Of a stretch of DNA of 64,000 bases, positions 50,418 through 64,000 are shown one piece after another. How positions within the stretch are numbered: position 1 is the stretch's first letter; the number at the start of each line of letters is the position of its first letter. The notes under the pieces are model-generated. The model was given only the letters and a program-made list of their open reading frames with translations, had not been told where the DNA came from and searched no databases. Position numbers and translations under genes: made by a program. Origin of the DNA: Eledone cirrhosa (Eukaryota); the NCBI GenBank assembly GCA_964016885.1, contig OZ024741.1, positions 199,702,001-199,766,000 on the forward strand, in the 5' to 3' direction.

Positions 50418-51402
50418 ATAACTACAACTCTAATATAGATACTTTATTTTGTAAATTCTAACAGTGCCTTTTCTGCATTTTAGATTTCCAGATTCAAATC
50501 CAGGGCCTACTTACTCCTGTTGGAGGAACCCCTCTCTGGTTAACCTCCACTGCTCCTATCTCTTGCCACCATACTGAGCCATGTGGAGCCAAAGTACGGG
50601 GTTAGATTGTCATGCCATCTTACCTTTGGCTGCCCACTAGTTCTTCTCCACTGCTTTGGTGTCCACTCTGTCACTCACTCTAATAGTTTACTTGTCTCTG
50701 AGACAAGAGATGTAGAAAACCTATCTATGTTTTCCCTTCTTAAATAGATATTCTTTAAAATGTATAGAACATTTTTTTCCAATTTTTAATTTTTTTTTTT
50801 TTGTTTATTTGCTGAAGAGAAAAAAGGTTTTCTTCAAGAATAATTCCAGAAAGAAAATGATGTCCCAACGTTATCTGTTGTTTATCTACCTTCAATTATC
50901 TAAATAGATTTCTTCTTAGACTGTAATTAGCTAATTCATTTTAGATTCATTGGCATATGTTCAACAACTGCTTTAGTCATTTTATAATTTTGTTGAATAT
51001 ATTTACAATATGCAAGCAGGGAAAAGCGGACGTAAAATGATGATGATAATGAATACCTTGTGATATTTGGAATTATTATTCCTCATTGTTTTTTACATTG
51101 ATTTTTATATGCTGGCATGGGTTGGATGGGACTTTTTGGAGCAATGTTTTGCAGTTGTTCTGCCCTTCCTGACACCAACCCTTTTAGTCACTTCTTATGA
51201 CATGCAGGGATATGGTGTACCTATTCTAAACCAGATATAGTTCAAGGACAAATGTTTCCATTTGTAGATTGTTAAAACACCTCCATTAGTTGTTCTAAAA
51301 CACTATCAGACCTGACAGGAAAAATACACATAAAACCAATCACTTAGGATTCCTGACTGGTTCAATCAACTGCATACCATTAGGAACACCAAACTCTGAT
51401 AT

Positions 51403-52565
51403 ATGAGGTTTGTCTCAAAAGTAAGAGTAGTGATGTTGAAATTTCAAGTTATCTCCTTCAAAACCTTTTTTCCATTGGTCAAAGGGGTACCAAAAGTTAT
51501 TTTCTGTGAGTTTCCTTAACTCATTGGTTACAATTTTTTTTTCCAGTCCCAAAATGATGACCTCTCAACTTCGATTTTAACTTAGGGAAACGGTAGAAAT
51601 CACACAGAGCTAGATCTAGGCTGTAGGGAGGATGTAAAAGAGTAAGAATGTTTTTCTTCACCAGAAATTCTCTAATTGAAAGTATTGTGTGAACAGGCAC
51701 CTTATCATGGGGCAGTACCCAATCTTCTGGAATGTCCTTTCAGACTTGTTGGACTTGTTTTTGAAGTTGTTCCAAGATGACTTTATAGAAGGTGTGATTA
51801 ACTGTCAGTCTTGGAGGTAAAAATTCTTTGTGAACAATACCATAGCTATCAAAAAACTGATAATCATCGTTTTCACTCGAGAGCTGCTCATGTGTGCATT
51901 CTTCGGACAAGGAGAATTTTTTGTGTGCCACTCTTCACTTTGCTGTTTTGTCTCTGGATCATAATCAAACACTCTTGATTCATCTGTTATTACTTTATAC
52001 AAGAAATTTGGCTCAGTTTCAAGTCTTTGTGGCAAATCCTGACAAATTTCCAACTGGTTCACATTTTGCTCCACAGACAAGTGTTTGGGCACTGGTTTTG
52101 CACAAATTTTTCACATGTGCAAAGGATCTATTAAAATTCTGTGGACTGCATTTTTATCCAAGCCTGTTTCTTCTGCAAACAACCTAACACTCAATCAGCG
52201 ATCTTTTGCTATCACCGCATACATCAGTTTCACATTTTGTTCATTTGTTCATGAGATTGGCCTTCCAGAACAATAGAGTGGCATCTCCATTAGCTTGTGT
52301 TAATGAATTAAATGTTCAGTGGTAGATCTGTTGAGTTTCACACAAAATTTGATTGCGTACCATCATTCAATATTTTCCTGCATCGTAAACATAACAGGAG
52401 TTATAAACACATCTGAATATAAATAGTGGTAATTCACAAATGACTCAATTGATCATGTTGAAACAAGTATGTATGTGCAGCCAAGGTCATAAGCAATACA
52501 GCTATATATCATTGAGGACAAACTTCATAAGTTATCTTATACTCTTAATTTGGACAATGTCAGTT
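51403..52565 (-). mobile_element. Decayed mariner (Tc1/mariner) DNA transposon
   Basis: VITDES.VFDYDPETKQQS.EW and FFD..GIVHKEFLP...TVN..FY transposase motifs, with degenerate TIRs. Confidence 0.88.
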
Positions 52566-53269
52566 AGGTCTTTCTACATCTATTTCTTGGGTGTAACAGA
52601 TTGTCTTTGAGATTTGTATATCCCTATAATGTACCTATCCTCATTTCCCCCTAATAGGAACCAGTAGGTCACTTTTGTAATACATGTCTTTCATTCTCAG
52701 GACATACCACATTCACATGCACTGCTACTTTTTGATCTGCTATATCTTATATAACCCCAACTTTGTTGACAAGAATCCAATATCTAATCCTCTTAAGTTA
52801 CTTCATATAAAAAAGATTTAATTCCTTAGTGTTTCACCTTTCAGTGACCATAGAGCAAATTAATAATTAAAAAAAGATTAAACATTTGTCTTGTCAGTGA
52901 GAACATATTACTGAAAACTTGCTGCAAATAGTATCTGTTGAATCTTGGGCAGTGGATTAGCAGAATCTTCAGAGCATTAGGTAAAATAGTTTGCAATATT
53001 TACTTCCAGCTCTTATAAATTCAAACCTTGCTGAGGTCAACTTTGCCTTTCATCCTTCCAAAATTGATAAAATAAAGTACCATTCAAGAACTGGGGTTGA
53101 TGTAATCAACTTTTTCCTTCCAGCATGTTGTTGGCTTTGTACCAAAAGTAGAAATCATTATCTGTCTAATCTTTATTTCATATTAGTCAAACGCAAAAGT
53201 ATATTCAATAATAAACATAGCTAATTGATTAATAATTCCGGCTACCCATTTTCTTCTTTTCCTCAACAG

Positions 53270-53420
53270 GCTGCTTGATATCGTAATTGAAAGGTGTAAA
53301 AATTTTGGTTGCTACAAGATCTCCTTAGAATGTAAGACTAATCTGATACCTTTCTACAATTTGTTTGGTCTTGAAAAAGAAGAGGACAATAACTATCTTG
53401 TATGTCGGTTCAAAGACTAA
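53270..53420 (+). CDS. GNPNAT1: GNPNAT1 last coding exon (LLLDIVIERCKNFGCYKISLECK...FY..FG...NYLVCRFKD*)
   Basis: Polypyrimidine tract plus cAG acceptor. Phase 2 completes TT|G (Leu). CYKI.LEC motif, TAA stop at 53418-53420. Confidence 0.95.
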
Positions 53421-55696
53421 TTTATTAAATTAAAAAAATATATCAAAACTGAATCTCAATATATACAGAAAACTGAGGAATCTCTTGCAAGGGGTTGCAA
53501 GAAATCAGTTCAATATTCTGTGAACTTTTTTACCTGGTGTCTTCAATTGCCAAATGGTCAACAACAAAAACAGGGTATAAATTATACATATTGAACGGTT
53601 TTATCTTTTTGGTGAAAATATATTTATTACTGACAACAGATTTTATAATTATATCAATACTAACAACTATATTAACCGTACCTACCATTTATTCATTTGC
53701 AGTATTTAATTATTTAGATTTAGAAAATAAGGGTTTCTAAATCTATTGTATATCTTTTTGTTATCTGGGATTTTATTAAGTAACATAAAACATTTCTTAA
53801 AACAAGATCTGAATGTTTTCATTGTTAAAAATACATATCACAAGATTTGATTATATTGCTTGGCTTGTGCTTTTACTATTCTTGGATTTCACTTTTAGTA
53901 CATTTTCCATGTCATAAAACTGTATTGCTTCTAGCAACTGGTGCTTTACATTTTACTTTGTAAATTGCTACATTTTTAAATACATTTACCAAGCCATTAG
54001 CTTTCTGTAACCTTCTGAAAAGCCATGCATACCATTCTTTGAACTCTTAAAAAAACACCAAATGTAGGTAAAAATGAATTCACCAGGTTACTGTTGTTGC
54101 ATGCCATGTCCCAAGGGACGATTGTGGTATCATCTGGTTTGAGTTGCAATAGAAAGCCACACTTAATGATCTCTTTCAGTGTGGCATGTGGGGGGGGGGG
54201 GGGGGGGGAGCAGATGAAAGTATCTACCAATGGATCTGCAATGGCATTTATGTTGCTTGTAAAGATCCTCAGGGAAACACTATGGAGACAGTCACTGTCC
54301 AGCTGAGTACCAGTCGACCTCGAGGGTACGGCTTATAGTCAGGCACTGCTATGGAGTTGGGAGGTGGGGCAGAATCATGCCAGATGGTGCCAGTCCAGCA
54401 GGAGTGTAAGGCTGCCTGAAGCTTTGTTGCACAGGATTGCACGTTCACCATATTTGACATTTACAGTGGGGTATTGCATCCTAGAACCAGGGGTGGTTTG
54501 GTACGAAAAGGGTTAATGGAATTAAACTGACAAAATTGAAATGGTTGAGAATTATCATCTAAAGTGATTATTTAAAAGAATACTGATTCCATATTTCTTG
54601 TGCCTGTTGCTGACAGTATATCTTTAATCTTTTCCAACATGATAGGAATTAAAAGACATGACAACAAACCTACTTGCCATTGATCTTTTTCAGCTATTTG
54701 AAAGTTGACCAAAGACCAGCATTAGTCTGATCTATGTATATAAATTGAACTGAAAACTGCACACACAGTTAAATTCTGAAAAAATCAACAAAAGAAAACA
54801 TTCTAATACAAATATATATTTTGTTAAAAATAGTAATATTTTATTCCATGGCTCAGTTGTTTGATACAGTTAGATAACCTTGAACAACAGTCAAGGCGAG
54901 AAAGCATTTATTTTCAGTAGGTGGGTAGAGATATTTAATAATTACAGGTAAACAAAGTGATGCTGAAACAAATGTGACCATTGAGCAATATGATACTATT
55001 AAAAATCATTTCATTTCATTTCAGTTTTCATCAAAGGAAAAATTATAACCTTATTAAATAATTAAAGTACTGATTTATATATTTCCATGTTAAGCTATGG
55101 GTTATTTATAGATACGTTAGTTTTTTTGTTTTTTTGAAAAGGATTACAACATTCAGTAGTAGAAAAACAGTAGCAAACAGCCTCTTGGAAGATTGAGCAA
55201 AGTTATGAAAATATTATCTTTGGATTAATAAATCTTATTTCTGAATATTTTTCATAAGCATAAAAAAAAGATTTATAAGTATTTTCTTTGGTAATTAAAG
55301 AGAAATTCATTTTATTAAATTTAGATTACAAACTAATCAATTTGAAATAAAGAAAAAAAATTATTAATAATTTACTAAAAATAATTCTATTAAAATAGGT
55401 TTCAAATGTCCCTCAAAGTTATATTTAAACATCCTTTCTTTTCAGTCCTTTTTATCCCTTTCCAAGTCTTATATATATATACTCTTCAGGTCTTGAATAA
55501 TCACCACTCCTCTGCTTATTAAATTTTACAAATCTATCTCCAGCAAAATTTTATTGTAAATTATTCATATTGATACAGCAGTTGGAGAATCTAATAATAA
55601 TTTTATTTTACATTACAAGAAATCCCATATTTATGAATGTACACTATACAATTACCGATTCCCCCCTATTATTTGGGACCTGAGAGTATATATAAA

Positions 55697-55731
<35 letters not shown>

Positions 55732-58700
55732 CAACAACAATTAACTCCCTTGCTTTTAATATTTGTCCGGCTTTTTTTTTTATTGAAGCTGATTTGAAAG
55801 ATTCAAAAGATTTATTGTATTCTCAACTTTGTCAAACTGAAAGAAAATTGGAATCATTGTAAAATAATTCACTAGTCAGGCAAAAAAGGGGAAAAGAATA
55901 GTTTAAATAAAAACAAACTTGATACCTAAAATAATATTGCACAGAATTCTTTTCACGCAATCCGGAAAAATTATTAAGTAAATGCCGGAGTATAACATGA
56001 AGAATCAGTATTACATTGAGATGCCTAATATCCTGTCAGTTATCAATAGGCTATGCTATTTATCAAGATGTCACATAATACAATAAAAATGCACCTCCAA
56101 GAATTTTACTCATGGTACAAAAGTGATTAAACATTCTTCAGATCACAGAGCAAAAAAAATCATTATGGCTGCATGATTCATATACCAAAATTTGCAAGGA
56201 TTAAAGAAAATTAGTCAACAGTATCATTGTGACGAGATGAAACTAACAAGGAGAGATGGAATATGCAGAGAGGGAGACATCTAGACATAATTTAATGGAT
56301 TTTATCAGGAACCTCTGTTGCATAAAGTTGATGTCACTGCTGTTTGATGTAATTCAGACAATTTCAGGCTCTTCAGTTAAAAGTGAAAGTATCATGCTGA
56401 AAATAAAATTAAAATGTTATATAATGTTATTTTCTATAGTTTCTACATTTCTTTAATGAATAATAAATATTTTAACAGTGAAAAATCAAAATTTCTGAAT
56501 TGTGTAACCATTAAATTAATTTCCTAATGACAACAATAGACTGAGCTCTGACAGTTGAAAGGTTTGGAAACTAACAAATGTGAGAGAAAATACTAGCAAG
56601 CTAAAAAAGAACACAAAACTGGATGACACAAATTCAAGTGAGGAACCATCAACCATAATAATATACCACATGTGTTTGTATCATCATTATAAATATCTCC
56701 ATGTTTAAACTTTACACACACAAACATATACATAATGTATTTCCTATATCAGTCTGTTACAGTAAGTTCACTTTCCAATCACAAGGTCCTGGTTTCTAAT
56801 CTTATATTTGTCCCTGTAAATAGTTATTTCATCAAAGTAACTCATACATTTAATCCTATGTCATTTGTACATACATGCTGAACATTTATGTAATTATATC
56901 ATCCTAGAAATATATTATTAATCACTTCCCTATCATTTCAATGTAAACTATATGGCTTCTCTTATGCAAACCATAAATTTATCAAATCCCAGATTGATGA
57001 TTGTTCATATATTCAGTTATCCTGGTATAGAATGGCATTCCAATCTTGGACACAAAAAATATAATACATTCAATGATATTAATGACACTGGACCACTAGT
57101 TTATAGTAAAATACTTACAGAACATGCTCTTTGATACAACAAAGAAAATAGAATTTATTCATCAACTAACTAGTGTCTGTCATGCTTGACTTTCAGAATA
57201 AGGTAAATAGTTACTAGCAAGTAGATGGATATAAGCTTAGCAGAAGAATGCAAATTGTAGTGATTGCGTAATTGTGGTAGTAAATGTTATTACTTTAATA
57301 AGCCTTGTTACTAATTGGTATTACAAGTTCAATACCTTTATATCAAAATCAATACATACATTAGCAATTCTAATTGCAACATTGGCAACAAGGATGAAAT
57401 GGAAAACATTTTGAATAATTGAAAATGGATACTCCAGTGGAAGACCATCATTTAATCCCCATTTTCCCTGCTAGCAAGGGTTGGATGGGATTTGTCAGAC
57501 TAAGTCAGCACTCAAGTGGAGCTACTGATGAACTCTTCCTGCACTCAACTGAGTGCATTTTATCATGGCACCAGCATCAGGGGCATCATGTTATTGACAC
57601 AATTGAAGAATCCTCCCAACCTTTTGTTTAGCAGGTTTTCTATGGTTGAATGCTCTTCCGATCTCCAATACTAGAGATACTTTAGAATATTTTGAATGTT
57701 TTTGTGATTTAAAATCTGACATGATAAAAGTGGCAGAATGTGCTCCAGATACTTTCATCCATAAGTAAAGAGGTTTCCTTGCCAAATCTAAGGCATTTCC
57801 ACAGCACTCTGCTAAGTGGTTCAATGTGCAAAATTTAATTCTTTTTTTAGCAATAACAACCAGCTAATTTGAGATTTCATTGTTGAGTTGCAAAAACAAA
57901 TGATGAAATGTTCTTTCAGGGATCAGTTGGAAATTACTTTTCCTATTGCTGGAACCATGATAAAGAATTACAATAGAGACTTCTCATGTGAGAGAAAGGT
58001 ACATTCCAGGTTGAATGAGATGAGAAGTCTGAATAAAAACATCTATGCCAATATTGAACTATTTTGATGCTTTTATAAAAATAATGATTACAATCATCAT
58101 CACTATAGAATTGGTCAGTTGAGTAATATATCAATCCGCATGGTGAATGCCATCTTGATGACTTTAACAAAAAAACTGAATGTCACAGGCCATCATATGT
58201 AGTTTGTAATGAGAACCAGCATCCAGATACAATGATAAACAAATCAAGAGAATTATAACATTTGGAAGATTCAGCTAATGAAGTTGCTTCTACAATGGTG
58301 AATGGGTCTTCGGCTGAATCAATTGGAGACAGTTGCTTTTGACAGAACTGGCTAAAAATCCTGCTTGAGGATGGCTCCTCTGACCCTCTTAGGAATAAGT
58401 GGGTGAAGAAGGAGGAGGATTCAGCTAATGAAGCACAATGATAATACAGCTCTCTTGCTTCTACAATGGTGAATGAGTCTTCTCCCTCATAGACAGTCAG
58501 ATTCATATCTCAAGAATATAAGTCATCATCATCACCATTGTTGTTTAACATCCACTTTCCCAGCTAGCAAAAGTTGGATGGGTCTACATAGACAAAGTCA
58601 GTAATGAAGTGGAGCTACTGACCTCCAAGACGGGGTTCGGGGGGGGGGGGGGGGGGGTTGCATCTTGCCTACGTATGGTTTTATGTTCTATCAAGTGTAA

Positions 58701-59799
58701 AGGGGAGGTTGTCATGTCTTTGATACAACTGTTTGATATTCTTTATGTGGCAAGCTTTCTACGGTTGGATGTCCTTAACACCAACCACTTTAAGCATGTA
58801 CTGGATGCTTTTATCATGTAGATCACCAAGACTAGGAAAGTCACCATGTCCTTGATACAACTGAAGGGTCTTCTAAACCCTTTCTTTTTCAGGATTTCTA
58901 TGGTTGGATTCCCTTCCTATCACCATAATAACTAGAATAAGAACAGGCAGGAAGAAGTTTATAGAGCTATTAAATATAACAACAAAGGGCTTCTACCTCA
59001 GAGTGAAGGGTAGACTGCAATGTTACATGGAAGTGAAACAATTTAAACATAAGAAAAAGATACTTACTGATATAGGAAAACAAAGAAGAAAACTAAATGA
59101 AACACTAATTTTATAAGACATTCTCTCATGCAGTTCTTAAGTTGTTGTCTGTTGTGAATTTCAGCTGGATCATACATTCCAATATTTCCAGTAGGTATAT
59201 TAACAAATCTGAAATTGAAAAAAATATTTTTGGTGAATATCAATCATTAAGAATCTCGAGTTCAACTCTAGCATTATGGGTTAATAACAATGGCAAGAAA
59301 ACTAACTCATTTTTAGAGGTTAGTTCATCAAAACATTGAAATGAGACTAATTTGTGAGAGTTGAGGATAAGTAAATAAATAAGGGACATCAGAATAGAAC
59401 TAATGATTTTTAATGTAGATATGAAAAACATGTAAAATAATTATGTAAATTTAACATGATTGATCTTACTTTTACTCGGTTAAGAATACAAAAATCTTAG
59501 TATAGTTAATATAACTGGAAGATCAAATTGTAATCAAGGCAGCCGTTGGAGCATAAAAGAACACTTGGTTCAATTATTATGTAGTTCATCACAATCAGTT
59601 ACAATGTTTTCAAGAAATTTAAAAGATTTTAAAAGAGATTCTTTTATGGTGTTATATTTCTTGTCTGAAAAAAAGGACAATACTAATGAACAACCCTCAA
59701 AGTCTCCATGTCCATTATTAAACTGCTACCACTTAATATAAAAATCTCATAGATTTAATATTATTTATTTTGAGAACAATACCTTAACCCTTTAGTATT

Positions 59800-61592
59800 A
59801 ATGTGAGTGAGTTATAAAGAGAGAGAGTGAAAGAACTAGACAGACTAAAAGAGGGGGATAGCGGGAGAGAGAGACACTGGAAGAGGGGAAGGAAAGCTAT
59901 AAGTAATTAACACGTGTGCGTGTGTGTGTGGTAGCGCAGGGTTCCATTATAAGTTAAATCTATTAACGTGTGTGTGTTTCTGCGTTTGTGTGCTTCAGTG
60001 TGTGTGTGTACTTGCGTGTGGCGTTTCATTTACGCTTTTTTTGTCACTGACAACATATTCACTAACTTACACTCATTCCAACCGCTGCTCTTACTGTTAC
60101 CCCTCTCCCTATCCATACCCCGTTCGGAAATCACATGCATCGGTTTTTAATTCACTGACGAGTTTACTCCTTACTCTACCAGTGAGTTTCAGTGTACTTC
60201 GTACTGCTTTTAGGTCATGCCTCGAAGGAAGAGATACTCCATTGGCCGAAAAACTACGAAAGCAGCAACAACACGAACAGGGCGGGCAAACGAATCGTCA
60301 GTGGAATCTGCTATTCGACGGTCGCAAGATGCTAAACGTGCTGCCACCAGAAGAGCACTTGAAACAGACAATCAACGAACCATTCGCCGAACCGTTAATG
60401 CTGCATCAATTTCTGTTGCACGAGCTGCCGAGACGACCAGCGTAAAAGACGTCGGAGTACGGATGCTACGCGAGGTGCCGAGACGTACGACCAGCGTAAA
60501 AGACGTCAGAGTACGGATGCTACGCGAGCTGCCGGGACGTACGACCAGCGTAAAAGACGTCGGAGTACGGATGCTACGCGAGCTGCCGAGACGTACGACC
60601 AGCGTAAAAGACGTCGGAGTACGGATTCTGCGAATACTGCTGCTGTGCGAGCTACACAGACCTCGCAAGAACGAGACATTCGACTACAATGTAATGCTCA
60701 ACGAAGGGCCTTTGGACAGGGTATTTCAAGGCCGTGTAGCTCACGATGGTCCTTGAAAGCATTTGAGTACAACCCTGACTTTGATTACAGTGGCCATCCA
60801 AACATGCGAATTGGGAGTATGTCAAAGACGTGCTCTTTCTGCAAAAAAGTGGCCCGGAGAAACACCTGGCTTGTGTTGCGCAAATGGAAAAGTAAAATTA
60901 CGTCCCCTGGAGGATCCACCAGAACCGTTGAAGCTCCTATATTCAGGTAGGAGTCACGGCATTTCCTGACTTACATCCGGAGGTATAACTGTGCTTTCCA
61001 AATGACATCTTTCGGGGCAAACATTGTCAAGGAAGGCGGATTTATGCCCACATTTAAGGTTCAAGGTCAGGTGTACCATAGAATCGGATCCCTCCAACCT
61101 GCCGCCAATCAAGAACCTCAATTTCTTCAGCTGTACTTTGTTGGGAATGTCAACGAGCAGGCAGCCATGAGGAACTCCATTTCACCCGGTACCAATGTCG
61201 AGCTTATAAGGAAATTGCAAGACATTCTGCACACAAAAAACAGCTATGTCATTAGCTTCATGTATGCCTTGGAAGCAGATACCACAGCCAATTTTAATGT
61301 GGTAATTGATGCCTCGAAAATGCTATCTGGGGAGCATCCGAGTCGGTATAATTATCCTGCATGCAATGAAATCGCTGTACTTATGCATGGGGGTCAGCAT
61401 AATCCACAAGACATTGTCCTCAAGTGTCAAGATAGCACTCTTCAGCGAATCAACGAAACACATAGGTCTTACGATGCGCTCCAGTATCCACTTCTCTTTG
61501 TAAAAAAAATATTTCAAATTTTCAATGACCTATGGACCGCATTAGGCAATTTAGCGATCTCTCTCTATAATTCTTAATCTTTCTTTTTAGAT
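59800..61592 (+). mobile_element. Helitron fragment: N-terminal RepHel coding region (frameshifted, truncated)
   Basis: MPR start, 60-bp coiled-coil repeats, AF.Y.P..DY...IG.M...C.FC..K.PGE..G.CC.NGKV, YN.AFQMTSFGA, TFKVQGQVYHRIGSL and HRSYDALQYPLLF. Confidence 0.92.
60420..60640 (+). repeat. 60-bp coding tandem repeat (about 3.5 copies) within the Helitron ORF
   Basis: CGAGCTGCCGAGACGTACGACCAGCGTAAAAGACGTCGGAGTACGGATGCTACG units. Confidence 0.9.
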
Positions 61593-61809
61593 AGATACAT
61601 AGATATAACGTTGCGCCCTTATAATATCTGTCTGTATGTCTTACTGTCTGCATTACGACATTATGACGTCACTATATGTGTGTGTGTGTGTATATATATA
61701 GTGTGTAACGCTTTTCGAAATATTTACTTCTGCGTTCACAGATTGATTTTTTTAGTTTCAGAAGATCCCGTTAAGGGTGAAAGCAGCAATTCTTTGCTTA
61801 AACTTTAAT

Positions 61810-61846
<37 letters not shown>

Positions 61847-61850
<4 letters not shown>

Positions 61851-62141
61851 AAAAAGAAAGATTAAGAATTATAGAGAGAGATCGCTAAATTGCCTAATGC
61901 GGTCCATAGGTCATTGAAAATTTGAAATATTTTTTTTACAAAGAGAAGTGGATACTGGAGCGCATCGTAAGACCTATGTGTTTCGTTGATTCGCTGAAGA
62001 GTGCTATCTTGACGCTTGAGGACAATGTCTTGTGGATTATGCTGACCCCCATGCATAAGTACAGCGATTTCATTGCATGCAGGATAATTATACCGACTCG
62101 GATGCTCCCCAGATAGCATTTTCGAGGCATCAATTACCACA
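61847..62141 (-). mobile_element. Inverted duplicate of Helitron segment 61298-61592
   Basis: Mirror ORFs 61306/61936 and 61323/61922 translate identically. One visible substitution. Confidence 0.93.
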
Positions 62142-62144
62142 TCA

Positions 62145-64000
62145 ATCACCCCCTCACTCTCACTATCATATTCACTGCTCTCACACTCCCCCTCACTCCT
62201 TGCCAACCAAATATAAATAAGTCTTGTTACGGGGGACTAAACTCAGAATTTGTCAATTATTATTGATGGTCGCTTGTTTAGTTTTCTTCTACGAAATGTA
62301 ACGTACATATTTCATTTTCTTCTCAACTCTCCACATTCGGTTCATTCATCTATATATCTTACAATCCCCCAGAATCAAAAAATCGTATTCATAATTGGCT
62401 TTCTATAATTCTGTTCTGTCTCACCGTTGTTCTAAAAATAATTCTGCTCCTCGCAAACTACCCCATACCCCTCCCCCCCCGCCCCCACTCTCCACCTTAT
62501 TATTTGGACCAATCACAAGTAAACGACCTATGCTAGCACTTCTGGTTGCTTTTTTGATATGATGGATGAACTAGGGAATTTCTGGAGAGTCAGAAGAATC
62601 TGGACATCCGAAGACAATGCAAAAGATAACGACAAATTCACCTCTTGCTGCCGGACGAAAGGGCAAAGCCCCACCCTCTTTGTTGTGGTCGCGGATGGCC
62701 AACATAACCCCAACCCCATCAACCTCACCCCTCCCTGCACCCCACCCACCAAACGCAATCCAAAACTTCAGAGTTGGTACCATGAATGTAGGGACCTTAA
62801 AAGGCCGCTTAAACAAGGTTGTAGAAATGCTTGAACGTAAGGAGGTTGATGTCTGCTGTATCCAAGAGACCAGGTGGAGGGGCGGGTCTGCTAGATTCAT
62901 TGTGGGTAAAAAACGATGCTATAAGCTTTTCTGGGTCGGAAATGACAATGGGCTGGGTGGGGTAGGAATCATGTTAGCAGAAAAATGGGTGGATAAGATA
63001 ATAGACGTAAATAGAGTAAACGACAGAATAATTAAAATAAGACTTGTTCTAAATAGAACAACTGTGACTATAATATCTGTGTACGCGCCCCAATCCGGAC
63101 TGTCTGGCGCTATAAAAGACACTTTCTATGAGACACTGATGCTCACTACCTCCCAAATAACCGACAGTGACTATATAATTATTGCTGGCGACCTAAATGG
63201 TCACGTTGGACAACATTGTGACGGCTATGATGGAATCCATGGAGGCTATGGGTTTGGTACTAGAAATGAGGAAGGCTCCAGAATCCTGGAATTCTGTGAC
63301 GCAAATAACCTAACAATCTGTAACACTAACTTCAAAATATGAGACAATCACTTGATCACCTACAGATCAGGGGAACATACCAGCCAGGTAGATTATATCC
63401 TTACCAGAAGACGTGACAGAGTGACTGTTGTAAACACTAAATCCCTCCCCCATGAAGAATGCACCTCCCAACATAGACTGATAATTAGCGACCTCATAGT
63501 CAGGACGAGACGTACTCGACAGCAGAAGAGGACTATCCTCAGGAGAAAAATATGGAAGCTAAAGGACCCCACAGCCAGAAATAAATTTCAAAGCATATTA
63601 CTTGATGCTTTCGACAGTAAGGAAGAGCATTTAGAGTCGTACAATATAGAGGAACAGTGGGAATTCCTGAAAGCAAACCTGCTGATGGCGGCAGACGAAG
63701 TCTGTGGCCGGAGCAGGCCTATAGGCAGGAGGAGAGTAACATGGTGGTGGAACAGTAAGGTGGAGGAGTCGATTAAGGCCAAAAAGCAGGCTTGGAAAGT
63801 ATGGCGGGATGGGGGAAGTAGAGAAGACTATCAAGTGGCCAGGGGAACATACCAGCCAGGTAGATTATATCCTTACCAGAAGACGTGACAGAGTGACTGT
63901 TGTAAACACTAAATCCCTCCCCCATGAAGAATGCACCTCCCAACATAGACTGATAATTAGCGACCTCATAGTCAGGACGAGACGTACTCGACAGCAGAAG
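62145..64000 (+). mobile_element. RTE LINE (family A) 5' half, running off the window
   Basis: 5' UTR homologous to 19945-20410. APE ORF 62617-63342 with a stop at 63340. Internal tandem duplication from about 63845. Confidence 0.95.

Noticed and set aside
53997-54516. piggyBac-like element ending GGG|TTAA
   Set aside because: The left terminus is too degenerate to call, and no recognisable transposase was found.

Overview
AT-rich eukaryotic genomic DNA, very probably an octopus or other coleoid cephalopod (inferred from the SINE and RTE repertoire). One host gene is clear: a + strand glucosamine-6-phosphate N-acetyltransferase (GNPNAT1/GNA1). It has five coding exons between 9551 and 53420 (546 nt of CDS spread over about 44 kb), and its start-codon exon was not found. 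Almost everything else is transposon-derived. There are many RTE-type LINEs carrying a PHD-like finger, including one near-full-length copy nested in an older antisense copy. There is a head-to-head inverted Penelope-like (Naiad-type GIY-YIG) insertion, a gag/protease-deleted Gypsy element with intact LTRs, PBS, PPT and TSD, plus Helitron pieces, a decayed mariner, hAT and piggyBac-type MITEs, tRNA-derived SINEs and a 27-bp minisatellite with higher-order structure. The most notable signals are four minimal type-I hammerhead ribozymes from two sequence families. Each family occurs as an inverted pair embedded in (TA)n, and the two share a 3' two-hairpin tail. One pair is a non-coding palindrome of about 0.5 kb inside GNPNAT1 intron 4.
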